From the IMG/VR virus record IMGVR_UViG_3300002460_000024, positions 1 to 64,000 of that record: 64,000 nt of DNA; one strand, 5' to 3'. This DNA comes from a virus. The translations under genes and the position numbers were made by a program. Of this stretch, positions 1-10,911 are shown in pieces; position 1 is the first letter of the stretch; each line of letters opens with the position of its first letter. Below the pieces are notes generated by a model. The model was given only the letters and a program-made list of their open reading frames with translations, was not told the origin of the DNA and made no database searches.

Positions 1-135
1 GGAGCCGTCGCCGTAGCCGTCGCCGTAGCCGTAGCCGTAGCCGTCGCCGGAACCCTCGCCGTCGCCGTAGCCGTAGCCGGAGCCGGAGCCGTAGCCGTAG
101 CCGTCGCCGTTATGAATATCTCCTACATCTGCCAT
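1..135 (-). CDS. Gly-rich GDGY/GSG repeat protein (runs off the window start)
   Basis: ATG at 135 overlaps the stop of the upstream ORF; reads MADVGDIHNGDGYGYGSGSGYGYGDGEGSGDG... with no stop to base 1; built from 6-bp repeat units. Confidence 0.7.
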   Translation of the reverse strand, partial: MADVGDIHNGDGYGYGSGSGYGYGDGEGSGDGYGYGYGDGYGDGS

Positions 136-503
136 ATCTTCACGTTTTGAATTGATTCCTTTGCCTTTTGAGTACATAGAATAACCTCAATAGCTTGCAT
201 AAGTTCAATTCTTGAAACCTCACAAGGAAATTTGCATTCATCCGGATTTTTAGTTCCTTCTTCGGCCAACTGACTTAATGAAGCAGCTCCTTTCCAATAC
301 CACAATCTTCTAGCGTGTAAAAGCTCAACTTCTTGCCCCACCCTCTTTTTTAAAAACCCTGCGTGGACACCAGCTGATTCAGTTCTTATAATTACATATG
401 GCATCCCATCCAAAGATTCTGCCACTTGGTTTTGAGAGATGGAGTCTTTTCTTACATACTTGACGCCATTTAGCTCAACTTCATTTACATCTAATTTTTC
501 CAT
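123..503 (-). CDS. Conserved phage protein (DUF6948-like), usually linked to GDGYG tails
   Basis: AGVHAGFL...ARRLWYWKGAASLSQLA motif; adjacent Gly-rich ORF. Confidence 0.65.
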   Translation of the reverse strand: MEKLDVNEVELNGVKYVRKDSISQNQVAESLDGMPYVIIRTESAGVHAGFLKKRVGQEVELLHARRLWYWKGAASLSQLAEEGTKNPDECKFPCEVSRIELMQAIEVILCTQKAKESIQNVKIWQM

Positions 504-971
504 TTATGTTTTGTTTTTATTTGTTACGTGATTAATGTGGCGGCTGTACTATTGTTATATCCTTGAAATCTTTTACAAAAATTGGTTCAAAATGACATTT
601 TACCTTCATATCAATAGAAACAACCTGTGTAAACCTATCGGTGGATTCAAGTTTAAAAAGATCGTTAGTTAAAATAACCTTATGGGTGTGATTTTTAAAT
701 TCAAACCACCTTAAAATTCTAGGTCTCCGAGATATGATATTAATTGTACAATCCATTTTTATTTTTTTTTCTGATTTGATGACGAAATTAATAGGGTGGT
801 AGTTTTAACTTTAACAAGGATTTGGCCGCTTACAAGTCTTTCGATTTGGCATCCATTATGCCCACATTAATCTCGTCACAAAAAAACTCCCCCAAAACTC
901 TCACATAAAGGGGGAATATAACATAACATTTTTAAAGAACCTACATATCCTTAAACACAAATATTATCCTT

Positions 972-1358
972 TTATTGTGGAATCGCAAGTTTTATTTTTT
1001 CCTGGTATTCCTCCCCCATCGCTTTTATCTCCCACGGAGCCCATTTTTTAATGGATCTAGCTGCTAAAATAATCCCATCCACCACTTCATCCCCAAGCTC
1101 TAATCGAAGGTTTTTTTCGAAAATTTTCTGCTTTTCACCCCCATCAGAACAATTCAAATTACACCCAGGGCACTGCACCCGGCAATTATTCAACATAAAT
1201 CGCGTCGCCATAAAGCGCCTACTCATAAAGTGACCACACTGAGCATCCTCCCACCTTAATACTACAGGACAGGTATAACACTTAACCCTTCCTCCCTTAT
1301 CGGACCACAACAACCGCACGTACTTCGAAAAAATTCGATCCAGATTAATTACGTTCAA
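972..1358 (-). CDS. NinG/Rap-like recombination endonuclease
   Basis: LDRIFSKYVR, CYTC, QCGHFMSR, QCPGCN. Confidence 0.8.
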   Translation of the reverse strand: MNVINLDRIFSKYVRLLWSDKGGRVKCYTCPVVLRWEDAQCGHFMSRRFMATRFMLNNCRVQCPGCNLNCSDGGEKQKIFEKNLRLELGDEVVDGIILAARSIKKWAPWEIKAMGEEYQEKIKLAIPQ

Positions 1359-1604
1359 AATGGCGGTTTTTCCTCCTTAAATGTCTTTAAATCAAAACTA
1401 TCCAATTCATATTCCTTATCTTCTATCCGGTCCCATACATAGTTATAGTCTGATAATGAATTCCATACCCCTTTCTCGTCTATTAAAAGCCAATCGGTTA
1501 TTTCCTGAATACTATCAGCCGAAAACCTAACATCTCCCAGGCCTCCAGACGGGTAGTAGTCCGAAAAACAAAATAATAAATATCGTTTCATATTAATCTC
1601 GTTA

Positions 1605-1973
1605 TCAATATTTAAAACCTGTCCAGTAGATTATCTTTCCTACAAATGGCTTATCAAACCACAGCCAAAAATCCTCAACCGAATCAAACCCGTCATTTTT
1701 AGCCAATGCGTCCAAACCAACCTTATTAAACTTTAAAGTCTCACAACCATTCACCGTAATTGAAACCACCCTGTCTTCCGGATTAATCTCGATCCTCCTA
1801 TTTCCAGTACAGACCCCCTCCTTAAAACATTTATAGTTCTTTGTTCTAACCCCAGTAGCAAAGTGAATCTTTTTCCCTTCCTGCCACCTATGTTTCCAAT
1901 CCCCACGGATCGTGTGGATCTTCGTACCATTCAATATTTTCTCCACAAACTGTGGCTTAAACCCTAATACCAT
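1605..1973 (-). CDS. ASCH-domain protein
   Basis: FKPQFVEKILNGTKIHTIR (GxKxxxxR) and LAKNDGF motifs. Confidence 0.75.
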   Translation of the reverse strand: MVLGFKPQFVEKILNGTKIHTIRGDWKHRWQEGKKIHFATGVRTKNYKCFKEGVCTGNRRIEINPEDRVVSITVNGCETLKFNKVGLDALAKNDGFDSVEDFWLWFDKPFVGKIIYWTGFKY

Positions 1974-2375
1974 TACTCCCTATATTTAAGTTTATATTTT
2001 TTATAATACTTATCCCACAACACTTTATCTTCTTTTTCTTTAATAATAGCTTTTTGTTTATAAGCCTCTTCCAAATCAAAAATATCCTGCAAAATATCTA
2101 AATGGCTTTTTGACATATCTTGAGCAGTCAACACAATTGGAGCACCATAAATAGAAGATTGCCTACTAAAATCCAACGGCTTATCCCATCCAGGGTTCTT
2201 TTCCCTAAAATAAGCATCATGAACTTCATTTGGAATAGATTTGTATTTATGCTCCCATGGAAAAAAGACTGGATAACTATCAATAATCATATCTATCTCA
2301 TCAAAAAGTTTTCGACCAACAGGTTGTTTAAGTTGCTGCATTACCCAAACCCACTTAACCTCTACCGGAATACTC

Positions 2376-2759
2376 TCAACCATTTTCTTTTAATTTTTTT
2401 TCTAACTCAGCCAAACTTATATCCCGATCCTTGCAATATGCCGCCTTCTCCAAATACGAAGAACTTAAACTAACATCTCCAGCAGGCACCGACACTTCCG
2501 GAATCTTTCTCTTAACTTTCTTTTCCTCTATCTTATTGTGTATCGGTCGATATTTATTTACCATAGCCCTTTTCAACCCAACCAAATCTTTTATTTCTAT
2601 TTCATTTATAACCAGTCCATTAAATTTAATATTCTTTAATTTATCCAAACTCCGACTATTAAAACTCCTACCTATACCTATATAAACCAATGTCCGATTT
2701 AAATAGTACAAGAAAATATACCCAACCTTACTATTATGCCTTATATTCATTCGGAGCAA
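2376..2759 (-). CDS. GIY-YIG-like hypothetical protein
   Basis: GYIFLYY...LVYIG...YRPIHN; start is uncertain. Confidence 0.4.
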   Translation of the reverse strand: MLRMNIRHNSKVGYIFLYYLNRTLVYIGIGRSFNSRSLDKLKNIKFNGLVINEIEIKDLVGLKRAMVNKYRPIHNKIEEKKVKRKIPEVSVPAGDVSLSSSYLEKAAYCKDRDISLAELEKKLKENG

Positions 2760-3640
2760 AATTACGGATATTATCTGACAATCACAACTTTATAAAGCAA
2801 AACAATAACTACACTGATAATCAAATAGATGAATCCATTCCCATATACGTCATTTAAAAAGAATTACTTAACTGTTTCTGTGAGGTTACTATAGGCAACC
2901 CGCCGGCCCCCCTTGCTCAGGGAAAAAAATCCCGAAACCCACCCCCCTCTCTTGAAACCATTGAAAACACTAAGGCATAAGAGCAAAGCACTCTGTAATC
3001 ATGGGCAAATCAGTAAAGATAAAGCACAAAGCTATTCTATTACACTACAAGAACATTAGTTCCAATAGTGTATTGGCGCTGAGCCTACAAGATAAAGCAT
3101 TATGATAAACTCAATTAGTCTGAAAGCCTTGATAACAAAGGGAAAGCTGTTGTTCTTCCTTCCTTCTAGCGAATTACCTTTTTATTTTTTTCAATTTAAA
3201 ATCTTTTAGTTTAGGCATTTCGTTGTGGAAATTGTTTACGCTTCTCTCTTTATGGTAGTCTCTGTGTACTGTTCTTATGGGTGGTTAGGGGTTTATATGA
3301 GACGCGATTAATATCAACCCCTTTGTTTTCGCCATTTTATCCTTTGATCTTAATTTAAGCGCCAGGCTATCTTGGTTTAATCTATCTCTCTAGCGGTGTT
3401 GGGAGGGTGATTACTTAGTATTGGTTCTTATTGGCGACGAAACTAATCTATAACTATCTGATTATCAACACTAATCTTCGTAACTTATTGATTATTAGTA
3501 TAGTTATAAGGACTTCAACCTCTCAACTTTAGTTAATAATGTGTTAAAGTAGGTATTTATTGGCGTTTTATTACTGTTTTTTGCAACATTTGATGTAAAT
3601 TAGCGTTAAATTAGATATAACAACTATAAAAACTCTCATA
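2760..3640. promoter_or_regulatory. Divergent intergenic control region at the strand switch
   Basis: About 0.9 kb without a long ORF between a leftward and a rightward gene block; compositional switch from A/C-rich to T/G-rich. Confidence 0.5.
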
Positions 3641-4425
3641 AAATGAAAGCAATCAAATCAAACGGAGTATTATTTCTAATTGGAATGATCTTCACAGGCC
3701 TAATAGCGTTCACTGCCTTAAATGGTATTCCTTTCCCTAGTTTTTAGGGGCGACGCAATTAATGTCAAGCGGCTACCTTAATCGGAGCCGCTTTTCTAGG
3801 TACAAACCATTAAATAAACTCACCATAACAGCTATGGAAAAGAAGATAATACAGACAACAGTCGGAGAGAATATTACAGTTGATAGACGTGAAATATTAA
3901 TCGACGACTTATTACAATGGATTGAAAAGGCGAAAGCTGAGAAAGCAACTCATCTCGAATTATATGCCACCTATGACTGGGATGATATGGATATAGATAT
4001 ATGGGCGTATTATAAATATGAAGAAACCGAAACTCAATGCGCAGAACGGTTACAGCGTGAACAAGATTATAAAAAGCAGCAGATATTAGAAAAGCTTGCT
4101 AAAGAAAAAATATTGTATGAAGAATTAAAGAAAAAATTTGAAGCATAACCCCTAAAATCCCGTCGCCCCATGAAAAACTTCTTTTATATAGTCAAAGTAA
4201 TAGAGTCATGCAATCTGCCCATTCAATTGGAGGCCTGCAGAACTATTATAAGCTGGTACAAAGAGCCTCAAGGTCGTAAATTATTAATGAGCCGGTGGGA
4301 AGATAAACTACATAGGCTAGAGAATTATGATTTAAGGCAGAGAGTAGTTTAATTTGTGACGGGATTAATCTCGTCACCCCAAAAATAGTATACGTTCATT
4401 TATAGGCTGAGTAGTTTAACAATTG

Positions 4426-4460
4426 ACCCCTTAACTCTATTCCTGGAGTTGAGGGGTTTT
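4426..4460 (+). terminator. Intrinsic terminator
   Basis: accccttaactc-loop-gagttgaggggt followed by a T run. Confidence 0.6.
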
Positions 4461-4486
4461 ATTAACGACGTAATTAATCTGAAAAT

Positions 4487-5197
4487 ATGCAGTATATAGC
4501 GTACAGGCGAGTTTCAACGGGCAAGCAAGCTAAATCCGGTCTGGGTTTGGAAGCTCAAGAGGCTGCAATTCAACAAATAATTAAACCGGATGACGAGATT
4601 CTATTTTCATTCACAGAGGCCGAAAGCGGAAAGAATGATAAAAGACCAGAGCTATTGAAGGCTATTGCAGCCTGTAAATTACATGGGGCGACGTTATTAA
4701 TCGCAAAACTGGACAGGTTGAGCCGCAATGCATCCTTTTTATTCACATTAAGAGACTCCGGACTTAAACTGTGTATAGCCGATATGCCCCAGGCCGACGA
4801 ATTCATGATAGGTATCATGGCTGTTATTGCTGACTGGGAAGGGAAAAGAATAAGAACCAGGATAAAAGAGGCCCTGAATGCCAAGAGGTCCAGGGGAGAG
4901 TCAATGGGCACCGTCGCAAACCTAACAGGCCGGACTATGGGTAACGTCGCCAATAAACAAAAATTCATTGAGCGCCTAAAGCCTTATAAATCTACCATTC
5001 TATACTTTATTAAGGAGGGCTGGACAAACGACCTGATCTTCAAAAGAATGCCCGAATTCCACCCAGATTTTAAAAGGCCCTTTTTGGATCGTGCGGTTAA
5101 GCATGTTAGAAAGGAATATGATGAGACGCAATTATTGTTGAAAACACCACAACATACAACACCACATATATGGGATTTTTCCCAAAAGGCTGAATAA
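4487..5197 (+). CDS. Serine recombinase (resolvase family)
   Basis: YRRVST catalytic Ser motif, ESGK..KRPEL, AKLDRLSRN. Confidence 0.92.
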   Translation: MQYIAYRRVSTGKQAKSGLGLEAQEAAIQQIIKPDDEILFSFTEAESGKNDKRPELLKAIAACKLHGATLLIAKLDRLSRNASFLFTLRDSGLKLCIADMPQADEFMIGIMAVIADWEGKRIRTRIKEALNAKRSRGESMGTVANLTGRTMGNVANKQKFIERLKPYKSTILYFIKEGWTNDLIFKRMPEFHPDFKRPFLDRAVKHVRKEYDETQLLLKTPQHTTPHIWDFSQKAE

Positions 5198-5383
5198 CAT
5201 TGAATATTACGCATAAATCCTATGACCGAGAGGTGTAATTCCAATTTAAGGCCCAATAAAAAAGCACTTGAAAATAAAAGCACTTTGGATATTTAGGGGA
5301 AAAAGCCCTGAGATTAATTTCGTCACCCCAAAAGAAAAACGGGTACAAAGACAATATCTAAAATAAAATATAGTTTAATAAAA

Positions 5384-6298
5384 ATGAATAGTACATTAAA
5401 TAAATATCGGAACTTTCTCGGTGGTACATTTGAAAGACATTCAAAATATGGTATTACAAAAGGTATTATTGCCGATATAATATATAATCCCGAAAACTCC
5501 ACGGATACTATTTTTATAAAAAGCACAAATGGAGTGATCTATAAATTGGACGAAATAGCATATATGCTGCCTAACTTTAAAACCATGAAAACCTACATTT
5601 TAATTAAGGATTTACCAGAATGCAAGGCCGGTACAGAGTATCTAAAATGCGAACAACCAATAGGCGACCATTATTATATTCCGAGAGACGAGAATAATCC
5701 AACCCTAGCGGGGAAGGGTAAGATTTACGTAGCCGAAATAGTTGAAAACAACCCGGAATGGTTCAAAGAGAAGAAAGATTTCAATAATATTGACATAGAT
5801 CTTCTAGACGGATGCCAGCTAAAAAACATTATTGATAAAACCCAATTAACGGCCAGCGAAGCAATACAGGAATCAATTAAAGCCAATCAAAAGGAACTTG
5901 AAAGCGTTTTACAAGATGTTAAAAGAGAATCGGCTCGGGGTAAATATCATTTTGAAACCTATGGCTATTTATCTGATTACGCAATAAATGAGCTAATTAA
6001 ATTAGGATATGAAGCTAAGAATTTTAGAGATGAATTGCTTGGAAGTCCGCCAATATTTGGATGCTTTACTGGAATAGCTGAAATATTACGCTCTGATCCA
6101 ATGTATATAATTCGCTGGAAAGAAGATAAAGCCATTAAGCCGCCATTAGGAATAAAACCAATGTATCTTTGGAACGAAGAAAGGCTAAACGATTTAAGGG
6201 AGGCTATGAGAAAATATAAAGAGGCCGGATTGGAGCCAAGTCCAGAGTGGATGGCTGAAAAACAATCACTTGAAGCCTATTTTCAACTTCAACATTAA
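5384..6298 (+). CDS. Hypothetical phage protein (mosaic)
   Basis: 304-aa ORF with no recognisable catalytic motif. Confidence 0.55.
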   Translation: MNSTLNKYRNFLGGTFERHSKYGITKGIIADIIYNPENSTDTIFIKSTNGVIYKLDEIAYMLPNFKTMKTYILIKDLPECKAGTEYLKCEQPIGDHYYIPRDENNPTLAGKGKIYVAEIVENNPEWFKEKKDFNNIDIDLLDGCQLKNIIDKTQLTASEAIQESIKANQKELESVLQDVKRESARGKYHFETYGYLSDYAINELIKLGYEAKNFRDELLGSPPIFGCFTGIAEILRSDPMYIIRWKEDKAIKPPLGIKPMYLWNEERLNDLREAMRKYKEAGLEPSPEWMAEKQSLEAYFQLQH

Positions 6299-6363
6299 TT
6301 TCGTTGCCCACAATATCTAAAATAAATTTACGTTAGGGTATTGTATATCTCAAAAACCTGACT

Positions 6364-6450
6364 TACATTTGTATCGTTGAGTTAGGTATAAAATACAAAA
6401 ATTTTATATTATCTGCCCCCGGCCTGACTCAACATCAAATGGGGGCTTTT
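6364..6450 (+). promoter_or_regulatory. Bacteroidota promoter plus leader attenuator
   Basis: TACATTTG at 6364-6371; gttgagttagg (6376-6386) is complementary to cctgactcaac (6423-6433) in the loop of a gccccc/gggggc-TTTT terminator. Confidence 0.7.
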
Positions 6451-6484
6451 AATTTATGGGTATTTCAACATGATAATAATACAG

Positions 6485-6551
6485 AACCGGACAGGCGCCA
6501 CACTGTTCGTTAATCGGCTAAACTTGTCTATGGGCTTGGATCGGATAAATA
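6485..6551 (+). ncRNA. Candidate structured ncRNA, copy 1
   Basis: 49/67 identical by manual alignment to the reverse complement of 47822-47887; coding frame not conserved. Confidence 0.5.
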
Positions 6552-6683
6552 CCCCTTGTGGGGTGCGAGCTTATAAAGTTCTTTTTTCTACGTTTTTTCT
6601 TTTTCTCTTTTGTTTGTTTTGTTCTCGTTACTTCTTTTCTTTCTTTTCTCTTTTTCTTTTTAAGCCCTCAACCCTACGGTAGA

Positions 6684-6905
6684 ATGGGACAGTCAAAAGA
6701 GGAACAAAGAGCCCGGTTGATAGCTAAAGGACAAGGCGCAACGCTATTTCAAGGCAAACCGCCTAGAAAACAAACTATTAAAAAGAAAAAGAAGCAGAAA
6801 AATAAAAAATCAAAGCATAAAAAGAAGTTTAAATATAAAAAGGCAGCTAGGCCCAATCCCCTGGATGCAGAATTAAAGAGAATTCAAAAAAGGCCTGTGG
6901 ATTAA
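6684..6905 (+). CDS. Small Lys-rich basic protein
   Basis: ATG at 6684 (MGQSKEEQ...), poly-K stretch. Confidence 0.5.
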   Translation: MGQSKEEQRARLIAKGQGATLFQGKPPRKQTIKKKKKQKNKKSKHKKKFKYKKAARPNPLDAELKRIQKRPVD

Positions 6906-7344
6906 TCTCGTCTCAAATAAAAATCTTATATTTGGCTTATGGTATTGATATCTTACTTTACACTCCTTATTGGAAACGTCATTAATCCCAAGGCTTGTAG
7001 GAATATTAAGGGCCATAAAATCTAAAATTGATTATTATGGATGATAAAAAAATACAGCTATTAAAGCCAAAAACAATTGAAGGCACTATAAACCCAATTG
7101 TAAATGGGCATATAAGCTATACCCTTCCCCAAGACATTTTAGAACAAAAAACAATTGATATATTAAACCACTTACAAGGGATGCGGGGAGATCAAGTAAA
7201 ATTAATTCTTGAAAATGTAGAAAGGCAAATTACCTTTCTAACCCTAGAATTTCCATATCATCCTCAAAAAGATTAACATACATCATTAAGGATCAAATAT
7301 TTAATGCTTTTGAGATAAATTTCATGCGAATCAAGCAAAGAAGT

Positions 7345-7497
7345 GGAAAGGCTGTCAATATGCACTTCGATAAAAAGGAATTTAACGCAGACGGCAACTA
7401 TGTACCGAAGAAAACTCCGGTTCTCGGTATGCGCCAAAGAGAGGGCCATGTTATTGCTAAAGGCATTGATACCCAATCTACACAAGAAATTAACTAA
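7345..7497 (+). pseudogene. IS1595-family (ISXO2-like) transposase fragment
   Basis: Reads GKAVNMHFDKK...KKTPVLGMRQREGHVIAK, resembling the GGKxxNxH...KTPVxGMxxRxG segment of IS1595 DDE transposases. Confidence 0.6.
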
Positions 7498-7630
7498 ATA
7501 ATTTAGATTATGAATACAGATGTAAAAACAGTAGAATTAAGACAGGGATGTAAAGAGATTGAATACGGCATTGAAACCCAATTTACACTAAATAAAAGCT
7601 AAATAATTTAGATTATGAATACAGATGTAA
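7462..7630 (+). repeat. Two copies (7462-7525, 7567-7630) of a ~64-bp repeat; third copy at 17412-17475
   Basis: GGCATTGAWACCCAATYTACAC...AAATAATTTAGATTATGAATACAGATGTAA. Confidence 0.9.
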
Positions 7631-8849
7631 CAGACCCCGAAATAACCAACTTTGATTGGTTCGATATGAGTTCTATTGAGGCCACGACCGGTGAGCCGTT
7701 AACAGACAAACAAAAGTGGAAAATTATAACTTCTTTGGAAGCAATTGCCCTCCTTCCTCACCTCTTAACCAAAGAAGAGCAGATATTAGACCTTAAAAGA
7801 TTTTTATGGGCGTTCGGCCTTGTTGAGGGCGACTTTACCATTGAGGGGGTGCTCAAGGTAAATAATCCACTTTGAAGTATCAAAGTTTTTAAACTCGCAT
7901 TTTTGATTATTAATCTGTAGATAGACCTTTCCCTTTTCTTCAAAGGGATGGCCGCTGAGAAACTTTTTGGTATGGCGTAGAATAGCCCTTTTTTTCAAAG
8001 TCATTTAAAGCATCCCTAAAATTCCACTCTCCTCCCGTAATGGTGGTTCCGTCTGAAAATGTTATTCTATAATACTCATCCTTTAGGGTAATTTCGTGCG
8101 GTCTTAAAGCATCCCCTCTTTTTGTCCTCTTTCCAAAAAATCTTTTAAACCAGCCAAACTTAGCGTCTCCCCCAGTTGGTGTAGACTCATATATTGATAC
8201 CATAGTAATAATATTTACCCCAAATATAACCCTTTTATACTAAAATCTCGTCACCAATAAACAATAATACTACATTTGATACGTTTTTAGGGGTAACGCA
8301 ATTAATCTGAAATAATGAAACGTTCAATAAAATTCTGGATATTAATATTTATAGTTTTTAATATTCTTGTTACCGCCTTTGGATGGTATAAGATTCCCAC
8401 ATGGTTTAATGGACCCATTACGGCTGATAGTATTATGATTAGCCTTATGTATGTTTGTTTATACGCAATTGATGGTATGCTCCTATGTGTTTTACTTATG
8501 AATATTATTCCTAAATTTAATAAGTGGATAGATAAAAACAAAGCCCCAAAACATTAATCTCGTAGCATGATAGACTCTCCTCTCCCTCCTCATATAGAAG
8601 CCATGATGAACTGGCTCCTTGAATTATACTCTTCCAGGTCCCAGCTATATGGAGAATTAATACACCTGTGCGATCAGAAATTCGGGGAACCGTGTGAGTT
8701 TGCAAAAGCATTCCAAGATCAAGAAGAAGAAAAGGCAGCATTACAATGGTGGTCTTGCATTGAGTCGCTTTATGATTTAGAAAAGGCTCACATATTGGTG
8801 AGTAATTTAATTGGCAACGCCATTAATGTGAAAAAATGAGAATATTTAC

Positions 8850-8967
8850 TATATTTGCTGTGATTACTAATATTAACTATGCAAATACAAACTTTAAAAC
8901 CCCTTTGGCAAGATGCAGTAACATCCAAACGGTTGATATTGGTAATCCTTCTTGTCAGGGGGCTTTT
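8850..8967 (+). promoter_or_regulatory. Bacteroidota promoter plus leader attenuator upstream of the HNH gene
   Basis: TATATTTG at 8850-8857; 8862-8877 pairs with 8932-8947 inside the cccctttggcaaga/tcttgtcagggg-TTTT terminator. Confidence 0.7.
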
Positions 8968-8973
8968 AATTTT

Positions 8974-9531
8974 ATGAAGCCACACGAAAATTTTAGTTTA
9001 AAAGATATTCCCGGAGAAATTTGGAAAGATATTCCAGAATGGGAGGGCTTTTATCAAGTAAGTAATTTGGGACGAATTAAATCTTTAAAAAGAGTGGTGC
9101 CACACACACATACTGTATATTCTACACAAAAAGAAAAAATACTTAAACCGGCATCAGACAGGAAAGGATATAAATATATATGCTTATATCGAAACCATAT
9201 TAGTAAAATTAAGAAGGTCCACCGTTTAGTATTACTGGCATTTAAGCACGACTCCCCCTTAACAGTTAATCATATAAACGGTGTTGTAGATGACAATTCC
9301 TTAATAAACTTAGAATATTTATCTGCTATAGAAAACAGCAGGGCCTATCGTAGTTTAAGCAGAGAGTTACCTATGGGAGTTTATAAATATTTCAACAAAT
9401 ACATAGCAAAAATAAAAAGAAACAACAAAAATATTCATTTAGGAAGTTTTAATACAATACCAGAAGCTAAAAGCGCCTACGAAAAAGCCCGTACCCATGA
9501 ACCCACATCGCCAACAATCCATAGTAAATAA
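8974..9531 (+). CDS. NUMOD4-HNH-AP2 homing endonuclease
   Basis: EIWKDIPEWEGFYQVSNLGRIKS, VHRLV...VNHING..DDN..NLEY, HLGSFNT..EA..AY; start moved to the ATG at 8974 after the attenuator. Confidence 0.9.
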   Translation: MKPHENFSLKDIPGEIWKDIPEWEGFYQVSNLGRIKSLKRVVPHTHTVYSTQKEKILKPASDRKGYKYICLYRNHISKIKKVHRLVLLAFKHDSPLTVNHINGVVDDNSLINLEYLSAIENSRAYRSLSRELPMGVYKYFNKYIAKIKRNNKNIHLGSFNTIPEAKSAYEKARTHEPTSPTIHSK

Positions 9532-10024
9532 GCTCGGTTACGACCCTACGGTTAAGCCCAAAGTTGCCGTCGCATATCAGCTTTACAACACCAGAGTAAA
9601 CAAACTAATAATAACAGGATCTTACCCATTATGCAAGGCAATGATGAAGAAAGAGCAGCAACTAAACCCCCTGAGCACATACAGAATCCTACCCGTTTAT
9701 ACGTAGCCCATTTAGAAGGCCATTCATTTCGTTGCATAAAAGCCTTAGCCCCCTATGATACTGATATGCCAAAAGGAATGGCTGATAAGATTTGCGACGC
9801 AAACGTAAGATCCGACATTTTAGTTACTCCAGCCGTCAAAACCTACCTCATAAAGCACTTTGAAATCGAGAATGAAAAAGAACTGAACCACCTGGCAAAG
9901 AAATCAATCCAAAAAGCACTTTTATTTTTGTATAATATATAATAAATTTAATGGGCAATCGTTAACTTTATATGAGATTAATTACGTCGCCCATACGATT
10001 TGTTGCCTGTTGTGGTGGCATTCG

Positions 10025-10118
10025 GGCTAATGGATTGGGGCTTAACGAAGTTTGCTTTATACCAAAATTAAAAAATAGAAAAATGATAAAGCAAATTTTG
10101 TTTAAGCCCGTGTTAGCC
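10025..10118. repeat. attC-like hairpin 1
   Basis: ggctaat...gggcttaacgaagtttgcttta / taaagcaaattttgtttaagccc...gttagcc; one extra base in the right arm. Confidence 0.8.
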
Positions 10119-10188
10119 GTCTGTTTTTGTTTTATTATTTTTTGAGAGGGGAGAAAAAAAGTTTAAAAATTTTATTTAAAAAATACTT

Positions 10189-10911
10189 ATGAAAAACAAT
10201 TTAGAAAAGTGGAATTACTACTTGGAGTTACTGAATGAAAAGGCAAGTGCTTTTATGGACACGATAAATCCATTAGTGCCAAGCATTTTTTACAAAGTAG
10301 AGTTGAACGGCAAAATAAATGACTGCACCGTTTTAAACAGGCACTATTCATTTGGATTATACTTTAACGGCAAGAAGCCAACGAATAAGGACATTGAAAA
10401 AATTGAAGCCGTTTTTAATAGCGAAATAGTTTTTACACCGAAGATGGCTTACTTTGATTACTCCTATGTATGGGGCATTTATGAAGGCAAAGAAAGTATA
10501 TCTAAAACGGCTATACACGTAAAAGATGTTTTTGAAAATAGGATTGCGTTTTTATCTTTTGCAGAGGCGGAAATAAAGGCGAAAGAAATTATAGAAAAAA
10601 ATGCAGAGGAAAAACTATTTAAAGAAACGCACAAGAAGGATGCTAATTATAAATATACTGAAAATGGATACAAGTTTTTAGGATGGCAAAATGGATGGAA
10701 GCACGTTTACTTTGATGCTGATGGAAATGTAACAGATGACAAAACGAAGCAAAAAACATTTGGCTACCTGACTGCCGATTATCCTGAATATGGAAAATGC
10801 AGAGAGCAAAAGCATAGAACAATTGAAGTAAGCCACAACCAAAGAGGAAGTGAGAATACAGTTAGTTGCCCGATTTGTATGATATACTGGAAATATGATT
10901 GCAGCGACTAA
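10189..10911 (+). CDS. Cassette cargo, hypothetical protein with C-terminal Cys/His cluster
   Basis: 240-aa ORF; C..H...CPIC. Confidence 0.7.
   Translation: MKNNLEKWNYYLELLNEKASAFMDTINPLVPSIFYKVELNGKINDCTVLNRHYSFGLYFNGKKPTNKDIEKIEAVFNSEIVFTPKMAYFDYSYVWGIYEGKESISKTAIHVKDVFENRIAFLSFAEAEIKAKEIIEKNAEEKLFKETHKKDANYKYTENGYKFLGWQNGWKHVYFDADGNVTDDKTKQKTFGYLTADYPEYGKCREQKHRTIEVSHNQRGSENTVSCPICMIYWKYDCSD

Noticed and set aside
4356-4377. Dyad as the res site of the serine recombinase
   Set aside because: It is one instance of a genome-wide motif with a second dyad at 38144; a specific link cannot be supported from sequence alone.
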